This document shows, piece after piece, positions 19,341 through 28,899 of a stretch of DNA of 64,000 nt. Below the pieces are notes generated by a model. It did not search any database and was not told where the DNA came from. It saw only the letters and a program-made list of their open reading frames with translations. A program made the position numbers and the translations under genes. Positions within the stretch are counted from its first letter, which is position 1, and each line of letters opens with the position of its first letter. This stretch comes from Vicinamibacteria bacterium (GTDB lineage: Bacteria; Acidobacteriota; Vicinamibacteria; Vicinamibacterales; JAENWD01): NCBI GenBank assembly GCA_963763095.1, contig CAVXNR010000016.1:13308-77307 (forward strand). The letters are read 5' to 3'.

Positions 19341-20030
19341 TCAGGCCCCCGTGAGCGGGTCTGCAGTAGCGGCCGAGTGCCGCACGTCGCGCGCTGACAC
19401 CATGAAGATGACGTCCTCGGCCACGTTGGTGGCGTGATCGCCTATTCGCTCGAGGTGCCGCGACACGAGGATGAGGTCGAGTGAAGGTTCAATCGTGGTG
19501 GGATCCTGGAGCATGAACGTGAGCAGTTCCCGGAACACCTGTGTCTTGAGCGTGTCGAGCTGATCGTCCGCGTTCAACACCCGCTGGGCCAGGCCGATGT
19601 CGCGCCGTACGAACGCGTCGAGCGCGTCGCGCAGCATGGCTTGTGCGATCTCGGCCATCCGCGGGATGTCGATTAGCTTCTTGACGGGCGGGTGCATGCG
19701 ATAGCGCTGCGTCGCTTCGGCGATGTTGACGGCCAGGTCGCCCACGCGCTCGAGATCCGAGTTGATCTTGACGGCAGCGAGGATCGCCCGCAGGTCGGCG
19801 GCCATCGGCTGGTGTAGCGCAAGCAGACGGAAGCAGCGGTCGTCAATCTCGATGTGCAGCCGGTTGATCGGCTCGTCGCCGACCAGCACGGAGTGGATCT
19901 CGTCGAGATCGCGTTCGGCGAGACCGTGCACCGATCGCCGTACGCGCTCCTCCGCAAGTCCGCCCATCTCGAGCAGCCGGGAGCTGAGCACTTCGAGCTC
20001 GTCCTGGAAATGTCGTGCGCCGCGCTCCAC
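19341..20030 (-). CDS. phoU: Phosphate signalling complex protein PhoU
   Basis: 229 aa with two PhoU repeats (SDLERVGDLAVNIAE and RHLERIGDHATNVAED). Confidence 0.9.
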   Translation of the reverse strand: MERGARHFQDELEVLSSRLLEMGGLAEERVRRSVHGLAERDLDEIHSVLVGDEPINRLHIEIDDRCFRLLALHQPMAADLRAILAAVKINSDLERVGDLAVNIAEATQRYRMHPPVKKLIDIPRMAEIAQAMLRDALDAFVRRDIGLAQRVLNADDQLDTLKTQVFRELLTFMLQDPTTIEPSLDLILVSRHLERIGDHATNVAEDVIFMVSARDVRHSAATADPLTGA

Positions 20031-20043
20031 CAGCTGTTTCTCC

Positions 20044-20871
20044 CTACCCGAAGCGGCCTGTGACGTAGTCTTCGGTCAGCTTCTCTGCAGGAGCCGTGAA
20101 GATCCGGTCCGTGCGCGCGTACTCGACCAAACGCCCCAACCAGAAGAAGGCCGTGTAGTCCGACACGCGCGCGGCCTGCTGCATGTTGTGCGTGACGATG
20201 ACGATGGTGTAATCCTTCTTGAGCGCGTAGATCAGCTCCTCGATGCGCTGCGTGGCTATGGGGTCGAGCGCCGATGCCGGCTCGTCCATCAGCAGCACCT
20301 TGGGCTTGACCGCCAGCGCCCGCGCGATGCACAACCGCTGCTGCTGTCCACCGGACAACGCCAGCGCCGGTTCGTGGAGCCGATCCTTTACCTCGTCCCA
20401 CAACGCGGCGGACCGCAGGCTGCCCTCCACCCGCTCGTTCAGCTCGGGCTTGTTCTTCGCCAGGCTGTTGATGCGCAGCCCATATGCAACATTTTCGAAG
20501 ATGGACTTCGGGAAAGGATTGGATTTCTGGAACACCATCCCGACACGCCGCCGCAGTCCGACGACATCAAGGGAGGGGTCGTAGATGTTCACCCCGTCGA
20601 TGTGCACGCTGCCTTCGACACGCGTGCCGGGGATGAGGTCGTTCATCCGGTTCAGGGTGCGCAGAAAGGTGCTCTTGCCGCACCCGGACGGTCCGATGAA
20701 CGCCGAGACGACGTTTGCCCGTAGCTGGACCGAGATGCCCTCGAGCGCGCGCTTCTGCCCGTAGTAGAAATTCAGCGCGTTGACGTCGATCTTGATGGGT
20801 TCTTCGGCGGTGCGGTCGCGGGGCGGAACGGTGACGGATGAAGGCACTGGCGTGAGAGTGGAAGTGTCCAC
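20044..20871 (-). CDS. pstB: Phosphate ABC transporter ATP-binding protein PstB
   Basis: 275 aa with Walker [10 protein letters not shown], signature [14 protein letters not shown], Walker B LLMDEP and a PstB-type C-terminus. Confidence 0.95.
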   Translation of the reverse strand: MDTSTLTPVPSSVTVPPRDRTAEEPIKIDVNALNFYYGQKRALEGISVQLRANVVSAFIGPSGCGKSTFLRTLNRMNDLIPGTRVEGSVHIDGVNIYDPSLDVVGLRRRVGMVFQKSNPFPKSIFENVAYGLRINSLAKNKPELNERVEGSLRSAALWDEVKDRLHEPALALSGGQQQRLCIARALAVKPKVLLMDEPASALDPIATQRIEELIYALKKDYTIVIVTHNMQQAARVSDYTAFFWLGRLVEYARTDRIFTAPAEKLTEDYVTGRFG

Positions 20872-20913
20872 GTCCCGTAGGCTACGGCTCCGCGGTTTCC
20901 GTGCCGTTTCGCG

Positions 20914-20931
20914 GGTGTAAATTTCCTGTAA
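20914..20931 (-). promoter_or_regulatory. Candidate Pho-box-like direct repeat (TTACA-N6-TTACA, 11-bp phasing) upstream of pstB
   Basis: The minus strand reads gTTACAggaaatTTACAccc, 43-60 nt upstream of the pstB GTG. It resembles PhoP/PhoB-type direct repeats with 11-bp periodicity. No convincing -10 element was seen. Confidence 0.25.
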
Positions 20932-21045
20932 CGGGCTTCACCGGGTGGGTTGGGCAGCTCGCAGGAGGCCTCCGCAGGGGCTTCGCCGCGTCCCGGACCG
21001 AGCGCTGGGCGGAAGCCGGTCGCGCCCTCTGCCACGCCTGCCCAG

Positions 21046-21074
21046 TTGACCGGCGGCAGCGTGTGAGATATACA
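21046..21074 (+). promoter_or_regulatory. Candidate sigma-70-type promoter (TTGACC-N17-TATACA)
   Basis: TTGACC at 21046-21051, a 17-nt spacer, then TATACA at 21069-21074. It sits in a locally AT-richer patch, about 95 nt upstream of the GTG at 21169. Confidence 0.3.
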
Positions 21075-21168
21075 CCTGATTCTAGTGCAGCGGTTGAGGT
21101 AGCGAAGGCGACGAGCCCAGTCGATGCGCGCGCCGGTCGCCCGTGGAAACGGAAGGAACGGAGTGCCA

Positions 21169-21498
21169 GTGAGCACAGACTACATTCTGAGGCTCCGTCA
21201 GATGCTGGATACGGTCCGGAAGCTTCAGCCGCCCGGCGAGTCGGCTGAGGTCGAGCAGCAGCTTGCGGAACTCGAGAGGGAGCTTCAGGAAGCAGCCACC
21301 GAGATGACGATCCAGGCCTGCCGGCTGGAGGTCGAGCGCCGCGATCCCAGAGACCGCCGGCAGTCTACCGCTGCCGTGCCGATGGATAGGCGCTTCACCC
21401 CAGCCCGGCGCATCACCGACACCGACCCCCCTCAGTCGATCGCCGGGGCCGCCGACCGGCACACCCCCGTTGACCGCACGGGAGGGTCAATGCCATAG
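21169..21498 (+). CDS. Hypothetical small coiled-coil protein (orphan)
   Basis: GTG at 21169, preceded by the purine-rich GGAAGGAACGGAG, in frame with track ORF 21124..21498. No family recognised. It uses rarer codons (AGG, AGA, CTT). Confidence 0.35.
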   Translation: MSTDYILRLRQMLDTVRKLQPPGESAEVEQQLAELERELQEAATEMTIQACRLEVERRDPRDRRQSTAAVPMDRRFTPARRITDTDPPQSIAGAADRHTPVDRTGGSMP

Positions 21499-21638
21499 CC
21501 TCACAAGGAGGCTGATAGGCCGACGAGAACGATGCTCATGGCCGAGAGCACGAGAGCTCCCCGGTGGCTGGCATCCTGACCGCGCACGAGATGAAGCCGT
21601 TCACGCGCGCGCGGTGCAGCTCCTACCGGACCTCGCAT

Positions 21639-22079
21639 TTACGGTTCGAGTCTGGCAATCAGTGCGTCGAGTGCGGCTCTGATCGCCTTGATCTCCGCGG
21701 CTACGTCCAGTGGCTGGTCCGACAGCCCGTTCGAGGGCCCGCCAGACGTCCCGCCGGACACGGCCCCGGGATCCACCGGCGCCCGCCACTTCTTGGGATC
21801 ACCCATGCCGGTCGGCCTCGTGCGTGACCACGCGGGTTCGGCTTTCCCCTCGGCATCCCGGAGCACGTCGAAGGTTTCACCCCCCTTGAAAATGATGATA
21901 TCGAGCGAGCGATCCGCGAACCTGGTGCCGCCTGTTTTCAGGAACAGGCCGGCGCCTTCGTCGCGCAGTTCCCAGGCAACGGCGTTCACGATCCGATGGG
22001 CGCGCTCCGGACCCGCAAGAGCCTCGTACCGCGCGCGCGCGGCTTTCACGACGTCGAGATGGTTTGGGATTGTCGCCAT
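21639..22079 (-). CDS. Hypothetical protein (orphan)
   Basis: ATG at 22079 (MATIPNHLDV...) within track ORF 21639..22112. Good coding-like composition, a Gly/Ser/Pro linker and a C-terminal helix. No family recognised. Confidence 0.5.
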   Translation of the reverse strand: MATIPNHLDVVKAARARYEALAGPERAHRIVNAVAWELRDEGAGLFLKTGGTRFADRSLDIIIFKGGETFDVLRDAEGKAEPAWSRTRPTGMGDPKKWRAPVDPGAVSGGTSGGPSNGLSDQPLDVAAEIKAIRAALDALIARLEP

Positions 22080-22269
22080 GGGGTCAACCTCCACCAGCAG
22101 TGTTCGCCTCACGCCGCCGATCGATGCTGCGGCGTCCCAGAACAGGGTCCCTTATAGCACGCCAGCTGCGGGGTGAGCGCCGGCCGGCGCTGCATCGATG
22201 CCGGGCGCTTGGCCAGTGGTATAACAGCGTGCATCCGCCGCATCCGAACCGCGTTGGAAGACACACGCC

Positions 22270-22831
22270 ATGACCGACATCTTCCCGCACCCGCTTCCCT
22301 GGTACATCGCGGGACCGCTCATCGGTCTCATGGTGCCGGCGTTGCTCCTGCTCGGGAACAGAGCGTTCGGAGTCTCCAGCAACTTCAGGCATGTGTGCGC
22401 CGCCGTGGCGCCGTGCGGCCTCGAGTTCTTCACATACGATTGGAGACGGGTTGGGGTCTGGAACCTCACGTTCCTGTTTGGCATCTTCGCTGGCGCCGCT
22501 GCTGCGTGGCACCTGGCGCCGGCACCACACGCTCACGCTGTCGCCGCAGACGATCGCTGCCCTGCAGCAGCTCGGGTTGCACGATCTGACTGGTCTCGCG
22601 CCGCGTGAAGTGTTCGCGTGGGCCCCTCTTCTCACCCTCAAAGGATTTGCGTCGATGGTGATCGGCGGCTTTCTGGTCGGGTTCGGCACCGCGTACGCAG
22701 GTGGTTGCACGTCGGGTCACGCGATTGCGGGCCTGGCCGATCGCCAGGCCGCCTCCCTCCTGGCGGTGTGCGGGTTTTTCGCGGGTGGCCTGACGTGCAC
22801 GTACCTGGTGCTTCCACTGGTGCTGCGGTGA
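22270..22831 (+). CDS. YeeE/YedE-family sulfur-compound transport membrane protein, apparent +1 frameshift near 22495-22505
   Basis: The N-terminal part is in track ORF 22270..22608 (PWYIAGPLIGLMVPALLLLGNRAFGVSS). The C-terminal part is in ORF 22391..22831 (GFLVGFGTAYAGGCTSGHAI). The 562-nt span equals 187 codons plus 1 nt. Confidence 0.7.
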
Positions 22832-23253
22832 CCGCATTGAACCTCGTCCCGTACTTTCTGCTCGGCGGTGCGTTCGGTGCCATCCTCGTGGAGGCGGAGG
22901 TGGTCTCGTGGTTTCGCATCCAGGAGATGTTCCGCTTCCATGCCTTCCACATGTACGGCATCATCGGCGCCGCGGTAGTGACCGCCGCCATCTCGCTCGT
23001 CATGATTCAACGGCTGGGTCTTCGCGGGCCGGATGGCCAGCCGCTCGGCCTGCAGCCGAAGACGCTCGGCAGCGGCGTGCGCTATCTTGCGGGGGGCGCA
23101 ACGTTCGGCGTGGGATGGGCGTTGACCGGAGGCTGTCCGGGCCCGCTTGTTGCGCTCGTCGGGGCGGGGGTTCCTGTGATGCTCGTAGCCATTCTTAGCG
23201 CGCTCGCGGGGACCTGGACCTACGGCAGACTGCGCGCCAGCCTTCCACACTGA
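22828..23253 (+). CDS. Second YeeE/YedE-type (DUF6691-like) membrane protein
   Basis: GTG at 22828 overlaps the previous stop, in frame with track ORF 22618..23253. Contains GATFGVGWALTGGCPGP, the conserved Cys motif. Confidence 0.75.
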   Translation: MTALNLVPYFLLGGAFGAILVEAEVVSWFRIQEMFRFHAFHMYGIIGAAVVTAAISLVMIQRLGLRGPDGQPLGLQPKTLGSGVRYLAGGATFGVGWALTGGCPGPLVALVGAGVPVMLVAILSALAGTWTYGRLRASLPH

Positions 23254-23281
23254 AAACTGCAGGCCCACGGGGAGCAGCGGC

Positions 23282-24686
23282 ATGATCCTCCAGCAGTTCT
23301 ATCTCAACTGTCTCGCCCACGCGTCGTATCTCGTTGGTGACGAGCACGCCGGGGTGGCCGCCGTCATCGATCCGCAGCGCGACATCGAGCAGTACGTCGC
23401 GTACGCGCAGGAGCACGGCATGCGCATCACGCACGTGTTCCTGACGCACCTGCACGCTGACTTCCTGGCCGGGCATCTCGAGCTTCGCGATCGGACCGGT
23501 GCTCTCATCTGCCTGGGCGCGAAGGCGAGCGCAGAGTATTCGTTCCTGCCGATGCAGGACCACGATTCGATCGACCTCGGCCGGGTGCGGATCGAGGTGC
23601 TCGAGACACCTGGCCACACGCCAGAATCCATCTCGCTGCTGGTGTTCGATCTCGAACGCGGCGTCACTCACCCGCACGCCGTGCTCACGGGCGACACCCT
23701 GTTCGTGGGCGACGTCGGCCGCCCGGACCTTCGCGCGGCGCTTGGCTGGTCCGCCGCCTCGCTCGGCAACCTGCTGTACGACTCCTTGCGGACGAAGCTC
23801 CTGTCGCTCCCGGACGATAGCCTCGTGTACCCCGCGCACGGCGCGGGATCGCTCTGTGGCAAAGCCCTCGGCAGGGAGACGTTTTCAACGATCGGGGAGC
23901 AGCGTCGCTCGAACTATGCGCTGCAGCCGATGGGCCGCGATGCGTTCGTGGAGCTGGTGACCGCCGATCAGCCGGACGCGCCAGCCTATTTCATCTACGA
24001 CGCCGTGCTGAACGCCAGAGAGCACCCGACACTCGACCAGTCACTTGCGGCGGGATTGAAGCCTTTGCCGCTGGACGAGGTCCTCGACCGGCAGCGGGCG
24101 GGCGCGCAAGTCCTGGACACACGCGAGCCGGCGGAATTCGCCGCGGCGCATCTGACGGGCACCTTGAACATCGGCCTCGGCGGCCAGTACGCGACGTGGG
24201 CGGGGACGATGCTGGATCCCAAGCGGCCGATCGTGATCATCGCGGAGCTTCGGCCGCGAACAGGAGTCGGAGATGCGGCTCGGGCGCATCGGCTTCGACA
24301 GTGTCGTCGGCTACCTGCAGGACGGTCTGCACAGCCTCGCGTCGCGACCGGAGTTGAGCACGTCGACTGAGCGGGTGAGCCCGGCCCTCGCGGCCGAGCG
24401 GATGCTGGCCGCCGAGCCGCCGCAGGTTATCGACGTGCGGAGTCCCCGGGAGTACGCGGCGAAGCACATCGACGGAAGCGTCAACCTTCCCCTGAATCAC
24501 CTGGCCGAGCGCGCGCAGGAGCTGCCGGTCGATCGCCCGCTGCTCGTTCATTGCGCCGGCGGCTATCGGTCGTCAATCGGCGCAAGCCTCCTGCGGCAGC
24601 GGGGCTTGAACCGCGTGAGCGAGCTGGCGGGTGGGCTGGCGGCGTGGGAGGCGGCCGGCCTGCCGCTCACGTCCGAGACGGCCTGA
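23282..24686 (+). CDS. MBL-fold hydrolase fused to rhodanese domains (persulfide-dioxygenase-like), apparent +1 frameshift at ~24248-24252
   Basis: THLHADF and ETPGHTPES are the metallo-beta-lactamase motifs. The rhodanese active-site loop is HCAGGYRS. The frame switches from ORF 23282..24370 to ORF 24273..24686 after IVIIAE. The 1405-nt span equals 468 codons plus 1 nt. Confidence 0.85.
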
Positions 24687-24815
24687 GCGCACGACCCTCC
24701 GCGCGCTGCGCATCCTGTTCCACACCACGCCTGCGCCGCATCGGCGTATCTGAGCAGCTCCTCGCAGCGTGTCTCGACTGCTCAGCCAAGACACGCCACC
24801 AAAGGGCAGATCACA

Positions 24816-24895
24816 GAAGGGGGAAGGGCGAAAGGCCAAAGGCCACCGTCAACGTTTACCGTCGACCGTTCACCGCTGACCGTCTATTCGTTGAC
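24816..24895. repeat. Two adjacent heptanucleotide arrays: 4 x NNAARGG then ~7 x CGTNNAC
   Basis: First array: agaaggg ggaaggg cgaaagg ccaaagg. Second array: cgtcaac (c)gtttac cgtcgac cgttcac cgctgac cgtctat (t)cgttgac. The second array ends exactly at the stop codon (24896-24898) of the minus-strand gene. Confidence 0.8.
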
Positions 24896-26302
24896 CTACG
24901 GCGTCGATGCCAGGAACACTTCGACTTTCCGGCGGAGCTCCTCCTGGATGATCTCGACCCGGCGGCGGGCATCTATGACGTGGAACTGGAACTCGTGGGC
25001 CATCGCCGCGTACTCGCGAAGGAGCTTGTTCTGGTAGGTGCGGAAGCTCTCATAGATGTCGTCGGCGTTCTTCATGTCCATGCCGGATTCCCAGTAGTCC
25101 ATGCCGCGCGACTCCAGCACACGGCGCGTGAGGGTATCGACGTCGACCTTGAGGTAGAACACCTGGTGTGGGGCTATCGCGAACCCATAGAGGCTGCGAA
25201 GCCACCCGCGATCCACGCCGCGCACGGCGGCACGGGCGATGGCCGTGTAGATGTACCGGTCCGACAGCACGATGAAGCCGGCCTTGAGCGCAGGGATGAC
25301 TTCCTTTTCAAGCCGATCGGCGAAGTCGGTGGCGTAGAGCAGCACGAACGTGAGCTTGTTGAGCGTGTTGCTCGCCTTCGCGATGTCGATGGTCGGCTGC
25401 ATCAGCGCGGACCGGGTCCAGCCGGTCTCGATCACCCCGTAGCCGCGGACTTCGAGCCATTCACGCAGCATCTGGATCTGGGTGCTGCGGCCCACACCGT
25501 CAGTGCCTTCGATGGCGATGATCTTGCCCGGATAGTCTCCGAGCGGCAGGTACGGCAGGCCGTGCCCGTAATAGGCGCCTGCCTGGCCCGGATCCATCCG
25601 GCGCGGCGTCAGACGGTGGCGACGAACTGCTTCATCGGAGCCCTCCAGTTCCCGCGCCACGAGGCGCCGGACCAGGTGCTGCTGTTCGGTGATCGTCCCT
25701 GCCGCGTTGAGCACCTGCAGGCCGTACTCGTCCACCAGGCGATCGTATTCCTCGATCACCTTGCCCTGGAACAGCCGGAAGCTCTCCACCGGATTCGTGC
25801 TCCAGCCCATGTCCAGGCCGGCCTCGTAGAATTTCAGCTTCACACGCCGCGCCATCAGGCGCTCGATCGAGACCTCGATCGGCACGCGGAAATACAGCGC
25901 CAGGTCGGGCTTCACGGCGAAGCTGTACAGATCACGCACCCATTGGCGATCGACGCCCCGCGCCACGTCTCGCGAGAACGCGGTATAGGCATATCGATCC
26001 GCCAGCACGATCATCCCGGCCTTCAGCGGCGGCACGATCTTGTAGAGCAGCCGGTCGGCGAAGTCGGTGGCGTGCAGCAGGCTGAAAGTCATCGGCGTCA
26101 GCGCGTTCTTCTTCTTGCCCGCGCGGGTCGCCGCCTTCACGAGCGCCGACGAGTTCCACTCGGTGAGGAACACGCGATGGCCCGCGGCGCTCAGCCACTT
26201 GGCCAGCAGCGCGATCTGCGTCGTCTTTCCCGAGCCGTCCACCCCCTCGACGACGAACAGCTTGCCGGGGTACTCGTGCGGTCTAGTGAGCGTGTTCAGC
26301 AT
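24896..26302 (-). CDS. Tandem (duplicated) thymidylate-kinase-like protein
   Basis: 468 aa in two Tmk-like halves. Half 1 has P-loop EGVDGSGKTTQ and DRYAYT. Half 2 has EGTDGVGRSTQ (Lys replaced by Arg) and DRYIYT. The start overlaps the Ppx stop by 20 nt. Confidence 0.75.
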   Translation of the reverse strand: MLNTLTRPHEYPGKLFVVEGVDGSGKTTQIALLAKWLSAAGHRVFLTEWNSSALVKAATRAGKKKNALTPMTFSLLHATDFADRLLYKIVPPLKAGMIVLADRYAYTAFSRDVARGVDRQWVRDLYSFAVKPDLALYFRVPIEVSIERLMARRVKLKFYEAGLDMGWSTNPVESFRLFQGKVIEEYDRLVDEYGLQVLNAAGTITEQQHLVRRLVARELEGSDEAVRRHRLTPRRMDPGQAGAYYGHGLPYLPLGDYPGKIIAIEGTDGVGRSTQIQMLREWLEVRGYGVIETGWTRSALMQPTIDIAKASNTLNKLTFVLLYATDFADRLEKEVIPALKAGFIVLSDRYIYTAIARAAVRGVDRGWLRSLYGFAIAPHQVFYLKVDVDTLTRRVLESRGMDYWESGMDMKNADDIYESFRTYQNKLLREYAAMAHEFQFHVIDARRRVEIIQEELRRKVEVFLASTP

Positions 26303-27846
26303 GGGATGTCGTTCCGCGGATCTCGAACCGGACAGGTTTGCCGAGCATCCGCTCGAACGGGATCACGTGCCGGTGGGCGGCCCACAATTCGAGCTCCGCA
26401 TCGCCTGCCGTGCGCAACTGGATCAATGCGTCCTCGCCGCGGTCGTGCAGTTCGACCGCCGAGAGCGGCTGCGAGTGGCTCCGATCGAGGCCCTCGGCAA
26501 GCCGCAGGATGGCGGAGAGCGCGCGTACGGTTCGCCGCAGCCGCTTCGGGAGTGCACCATAGCCTTCGTGCGCCTTCTTCGGCGCGGCCTGGCGGTGATA
26601 GCGCGTCAGCAGGGCCATCACTTCGATCTCCTGCGGGTCGAAGCCACGCAGGTCGCCGTTCTTGACGAGGTAATACGAGTGCCGATGGTGCTTTTCGTAA
26701 CTGATGTGCACGCCGAGGTCGTGCATGAAGGCTGCGTATTCCAGCCAGTCGCGCTCCCGGTCGCCGAGGCCGTGCACGCTGCGCGTCTGGTCGAACAGCG
26801 ACAGGGCGAGCCGCGCGATCTGCTGTGCGTGTTCCGGTGAGTAGTGGCACCGCTCCGCCAGCTCGATCACGCTGCGCCGTCGCACGTCCGGGTACCGGTC
26901 GGCCTGGGCGATCTGCTCGCGGTTGCGGCTGATGTAATCGAGGACGAGGCCTTCGCGCAGCGCCAGATCGCACAGCGTGATCTCGGTCGCGCCGATCCGG
27001 CGCAGGATGGTATCGAACAGCACCGCCCCGGCCACGACGATGTCGCTGCGCCTCGGTTCGAGCCCGGGCAGCTTCAGCCGCTGCTGGAGGCCGAGCGACA
27101 CGACCTGCTTCCGCAGGCGGTGGATCTGGCGGGCGGGGATGCGGAGGTTGCGAATCTCGCCGGGAGCGTGTCCAAGCTCCGCGTGCGCCGCCATCGTGCC
27201 AAGGCTCAGGATCGTGCCCGACGTGCCGATGACGCGATCGAAGCCCGCCTCCACGATCTGGCCCGCGTGCTCCTCGATCTCGCGGTTGATGAACTGCACC
27301 ATCTTGCGCTCGTCGCGCGCCGCGAGCGGATCGGAGGTGACGAACCGTTCCGTGAGCCGAATGACGCCCATCTTGAAGCTGCGGCCCAGCCGCATCGTCT
27401 CGGCGTCGCCGAGCGTGATCTCGACGCTGCCGCCGCCGATGTCGATGACGACCGCCGGCCCGCGCATCACGTCGACGCCGTAGACCGCAGAAAGGTGGAT
27501 GAGCCGCGCCTCCTCCGTCCCTGAGATCACGCGCGGCCGGATGCCGGTCTCCTCGACGATGCGCGCCAGGAACTCGCCTGCGTTCTCGGCTTCACGCGTG
27601 GCGCTGGTGGCCGCCGCGAGAATCTCGTCGACGCCGTGCGACTCGGCAATGCGGCGGAACCTTGTCAGCGCGAGCAGGGCGGCGCTCATCGCCGCGGTCG
27701 TCAGGTTCCTGCCGTCGAGGCCCCCCGGCCCCGAGGCGGACCATCTCCTTCTCGCGATCGATCACCTCGAATGACAAATCGGCGCGTACCTGCACCACGA
27801 TCATGTGGACCGAGTTCGTGCCGATGTCGATGGCTGCAAGGCGCAT
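26283..27846 (-). CDS. Ppx/GppA-family exopolyphosphatase / guanosine pentaphosphatase with HD domain, apparent +1 frameshift in a C6 run at 27721-27726
   Basis: The N-terminus [17 protein letters not shown] is in track ORF 27592..27855. The rest is in ORF 26283..27689 (DIGGGSVE; HD region [19 protein letters not shown]). The 1564-nt span equals 521 codons plus 1 nt. Confidence 0.85.
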
Positions 27847-27974
27847 GGAGCACAACTGTGGCGGGAAGTGAGGGGGAGCCGCCCGGCGCGCGCGCGTCCG
27901 GGCATATATAATCCGTTTTCGGCCGTGACCGTCGGCCCGCCAGGCCGACCATCTGTCGTGGGAAAAATCCTACC

Positions 27975-28896
27975 ATGAAGCTCAGGAATGCCCGTGACCG
28001 CCTGCTGCATCGCCGCCTGCGTGCCTTCGCCCGCGCCCTGCCGGACGCGTGCGGCGGCGATCGCCAGTGCCGTGCACAAGGCGCGCGTCGCGTCACGGCG
28101 TCTGCGGGAGGCGCTCCCGGTCGTGCTGGCGGACGTGCCGGCCAAGAAGGCGAACCGGCTGGCCCGGGGCTTCCGCCGGATCACGCGAGCGCTGGGGCCC
28201 GTTCGGGAGATAGATGTCACGATTGGCGTGCTCGAGGCGACGGCCGCGCAGTTTCCGGAGGCGGCCGCGAGCCTGCAGGCGGTTGCCGTCCACCTGCACG
28301 CCGACCGCGATCGCCGGCGCGACGAGATGCTCGGCCGCCTCGAGAACATCGATGCCGACCGGCTCGTGGCGAGAGTCGACGAGTTCGCCGGCACGGCCAC
28401 TCAGCCCGCCGCCGTGGCCCACTCGGTCAGCCGCGCGGTGCTGGCGGTTCGGATGGTGCGGCGGGCGCGCGATCTCCACCAGGCGGTGGCGGCGGCAGGA
28501 GCGCTCTACGCCCCCGAGCCACTGCACGCCGTGCGCATCGCCGCGAAGAAGCTCCGCTACGCGATGGAGCTCGCCCACGAGCTCCGGCTTCTCTCGTCAC
28601 GCCGGGCGCTGCGACAGCTCGAGCGCATGCAGGACACTCTCGGCCACCTGCACGACCTCCAGATTCTCATCGAGCGGCTCGCGGCCGCACAGGCAGCCTT
28701 ACCCGTACCTGAGCTCGTTCTCGCGGATCTCGCGCACGTCTCTGGTGCGCTCGACGACGAGTGCCGGCGCTTCCACGCTGACTACGTGGGAGGCCGGGAC
28801 GCCATGCTGGCGGCCGTGGACGATGCGCTCGAGATGGTCACCGCCGGCCCGCTGCGCGACGTCGAAACCGAGCCCGTCTCCACGTCGGTGCACTAA
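27975..28896 (+). CDS. CHAD-domain protein (polyphosphate-associated), probable +1 frameshift near 28050-28062
   Basis: AVHKARVASRRLREAL and HAVRIAAKKLRYAMEL are the CHAD helices in track ORF 27988..28896. A plausible N-terminus, MKLRNARDRLLHRRLRAFARAL, sits in the frame of ORF 27975. The 922-nt span equals 307 codons plus 1 nt. Confidence 0.7.
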
Positions 28897-28899
28897 GCC

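Noticed and set aside
21641-21655. GGTTCGAGTC string resembling a tRNA T-loop, which could mark a tRNA fragment or att site
   Set aside because: It lies inside the C-terminal codons of the minus-strand ORF 21639..22079 (…LIARLEP). The flanks do not form a T-stem or acceptor stem, and no cloverleaf can be drawn.
24551-26665. 704-aa plus-strand ORF. Similar large ORFs occur at 48115..50373 (+), 17524..19080 (+) and 12910..14604 (-).
   Set aside because: Each lies opposite a gene with strong family signatures (Tmk-like/Ppx, phosphoesterase, citrate synthase, FHA-PP2C). Each has shadow-frame composition.
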